A stretch of DNA of 56,744 nucleotides from Polyangia bacterium (GTDB taxonomy: Bacteria; Myxococcota_A; Polyangia; Fen-1088). A program made the position numbers and the translations under genes. Where the stretch lies: the NCBI GenBank assembly GCA_035546175.1, contig DASZWW010000467.1, positions 1 through 56,744 of the forward strand, written 5' to 3'. Shown here in pieces: positions 55,822-56,744 of this stretch (position 1 is its first letter; every line of letters begins with the position of its first letter). The notes beneath the pieces were generated by a model. It saw only the letters and a list, made by a program, of their open reading frames with translations, did not search any database and was not told the DNA's origin.

Positions 55822-56744
55822 CTACGGGGACGGAGCCGGCGCGGCCTCGCCGCCCGGAGCGGGCGCGGCGGCCTCGCCCGTCGACGGGGCGCCCTCGGGC
55901 GCGTTGTGCTGGCACTTGTTGCCGATGCGAACCCTGTAATAGCCGAGCTCGTCGCGCCAGTACTCGCCGGTGAACGGCCACATCTGGTGCTCGTCGTCCA
56001 CGCGGATCTCCTCGGCGCGCTTGGCGTTCGGGCCCTGGACGAGCTGCTGCTCCTGGATGACCTCCTGCTCGAGGGCGCCGCGCTGGCCCTGCAGGATCTC
56101 GTACTCGATCTTGATGACGCGCTTGATGAGCTGCGCCAGCTCGTCGGTGAGGCGGATGATGCGGCGGCGCGCGAGGTCACCGGCCTCGTTGACGGCGAGC
56201 GAGCGCTGCAGCGTCAGGTCCGCGAAGACCGTCTGCGCGATGTTCGTCGACTTCCACGCGGGCTCGGCCTTGTCGTGCTGCTTGAGCTCGCGGTCGAGCT
56301 CCTCGACGTACTGGAAGCGCTTGACGAGCGAGAGGTCGCCGAGGACGCCGCGCGCGGCGCGCTCGACCTGCTCCGGCAGGCCCGAGGTCCCCTTGCGGAT
56401 CTTCACGGCCATGTCGTAGAGGGCCGCGTTGTCCGTCTGGGACATGACGAGCTTCTTCAGCTCCTGGAAGACCTGCGGGTAGATCGCGTTGAACTCGTCG
56501 ATGGCCTCCTCGGCGCGGTCGTAGAGGCAGTTGTAGAAATAGATCGTCGCCTTGACCGAGAGGCCCTCGGCCACCGACTCCGGCTTGATCGTGTTCTCGA
56601 AGTACGGCGCCTGGATCGTGTGGATGTTGCCGAGCGCCTTCGAGTAGCCCTTCTGCTTGAGCATGAAGTTCGCCCACGACGACTCGAAGAGGCTGTTCGC
56701 CCAGTCGTACGACTCGGGCGACACGCGGTCGAAGTACTTCGCGG
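55822..56744 (-). CDS. TPR/helical-repeat protein with coiled-coil C-terminus, 5'-truncated by the window edge (possible GltC/NfsC-like)
   Basis: The frame stays open to 56744 (AKYFDRVSPESYDWANSLFESSWANFMLKQKGYSKALGN...), so the track GTG at 56724 is not the true start. C-terminus WPFTGEYWRDELGYYRVRIGNKC plus a Pro/Ala-rich tail. The identity as GltC-like rests on position only. Confidence 0.8.
   Translation of the reverse strand, partial: AKYFDRVSPESYDWANSLFESSWANFMLKQKGYSKALGNIHTIQAPYFENTIKPESVAEGLSVKATIYFYNCLYDRAEEAIDEFNAIYPQVFQELKKLVMSQTDNAALYDMAVKIRKGTSGLPEQVERAARGVLGDLSLVKRFQYVEELDRELKQHDKAEPAWKSTNIAQTVFADLTLQRSLAVNEAGDLARRRIIRLTDELAQLIKRVIKIEYEILQGQRGALEQEVIQEQQLVQGPNAKRAEEIRVDDEHQMWPFTGEYWRDELGYYRVRIGNKCQHNAPEGAPSTGEAAAPAPGGEAAPAPSP

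Overview
This is a high-GC (about 70%), almost fully coding chromosomal segment, and most genes are on the minus strand. Gene content looks myxobacterial, but the taxon cannot be fixed from sequence alone. All calls rest on motifs I recognise in the supplied translations and on my own reading of start/stop contexts; no database search was run.

Layout:
(1) 1-18.6 kb, mainly housekeeping. It holds leuCD plus a citramalate-synthase-type gene with a divergent LysR regulator and a perfect T-N11-A dyad. A long co-directional array follows: ECF sigma, anti-sigma, a FrzS/AglZ-type pseudo-receiver coiled-coil protein, a PssA-like CDP-alcohol phosphatidyltransferase, hflX, rseP and tsaB. Then come secA and a divergent TatA-like gene.
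(2) 18.6-28.7 kb, a ten-gene, translationally coupled operon. It combines a HAD phosphatase, a LicC/IPCT-type nucleotidyltransferase, two glycosyltransferases, an AsnB amidotransferase, a Wzx-type flippase, an IMPase-family phosphatase, a P-loop kinase and a CDP-alcohol phosphatidyltransferase fused to a degenerate nucleotidyltransferase domain. It is flanked at 28.9-33.0 kb by a divergent single-POTRA Omp85 / COG1033-type RND exporter pair. I consider this the best candidate for an undescribed envelope phospho-glycolipid synthesis and export system.
(3) 33-35.8 kb, rny with a coupled small membrane protein, and a Cys-rich lipoprotein.
(4) 35.9-56.7 kb, an Agl-Glt/Nfs-like trans-envelope machine locus. 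It reads: partial TPR protein, GltD-like, GltE-like, small secreted protein, FHA/TonB-C GltG-like, TPR lipoprotein, strong terminator, then a 3,499-aa AgmK/GltI-like giant TPR protein.

No rRNA, tRNA, CRISPR array, transposase or integrase was recognised. Many long ORFs in the track are off-frame or antisense artefacts of GC3-rich coding DNA.
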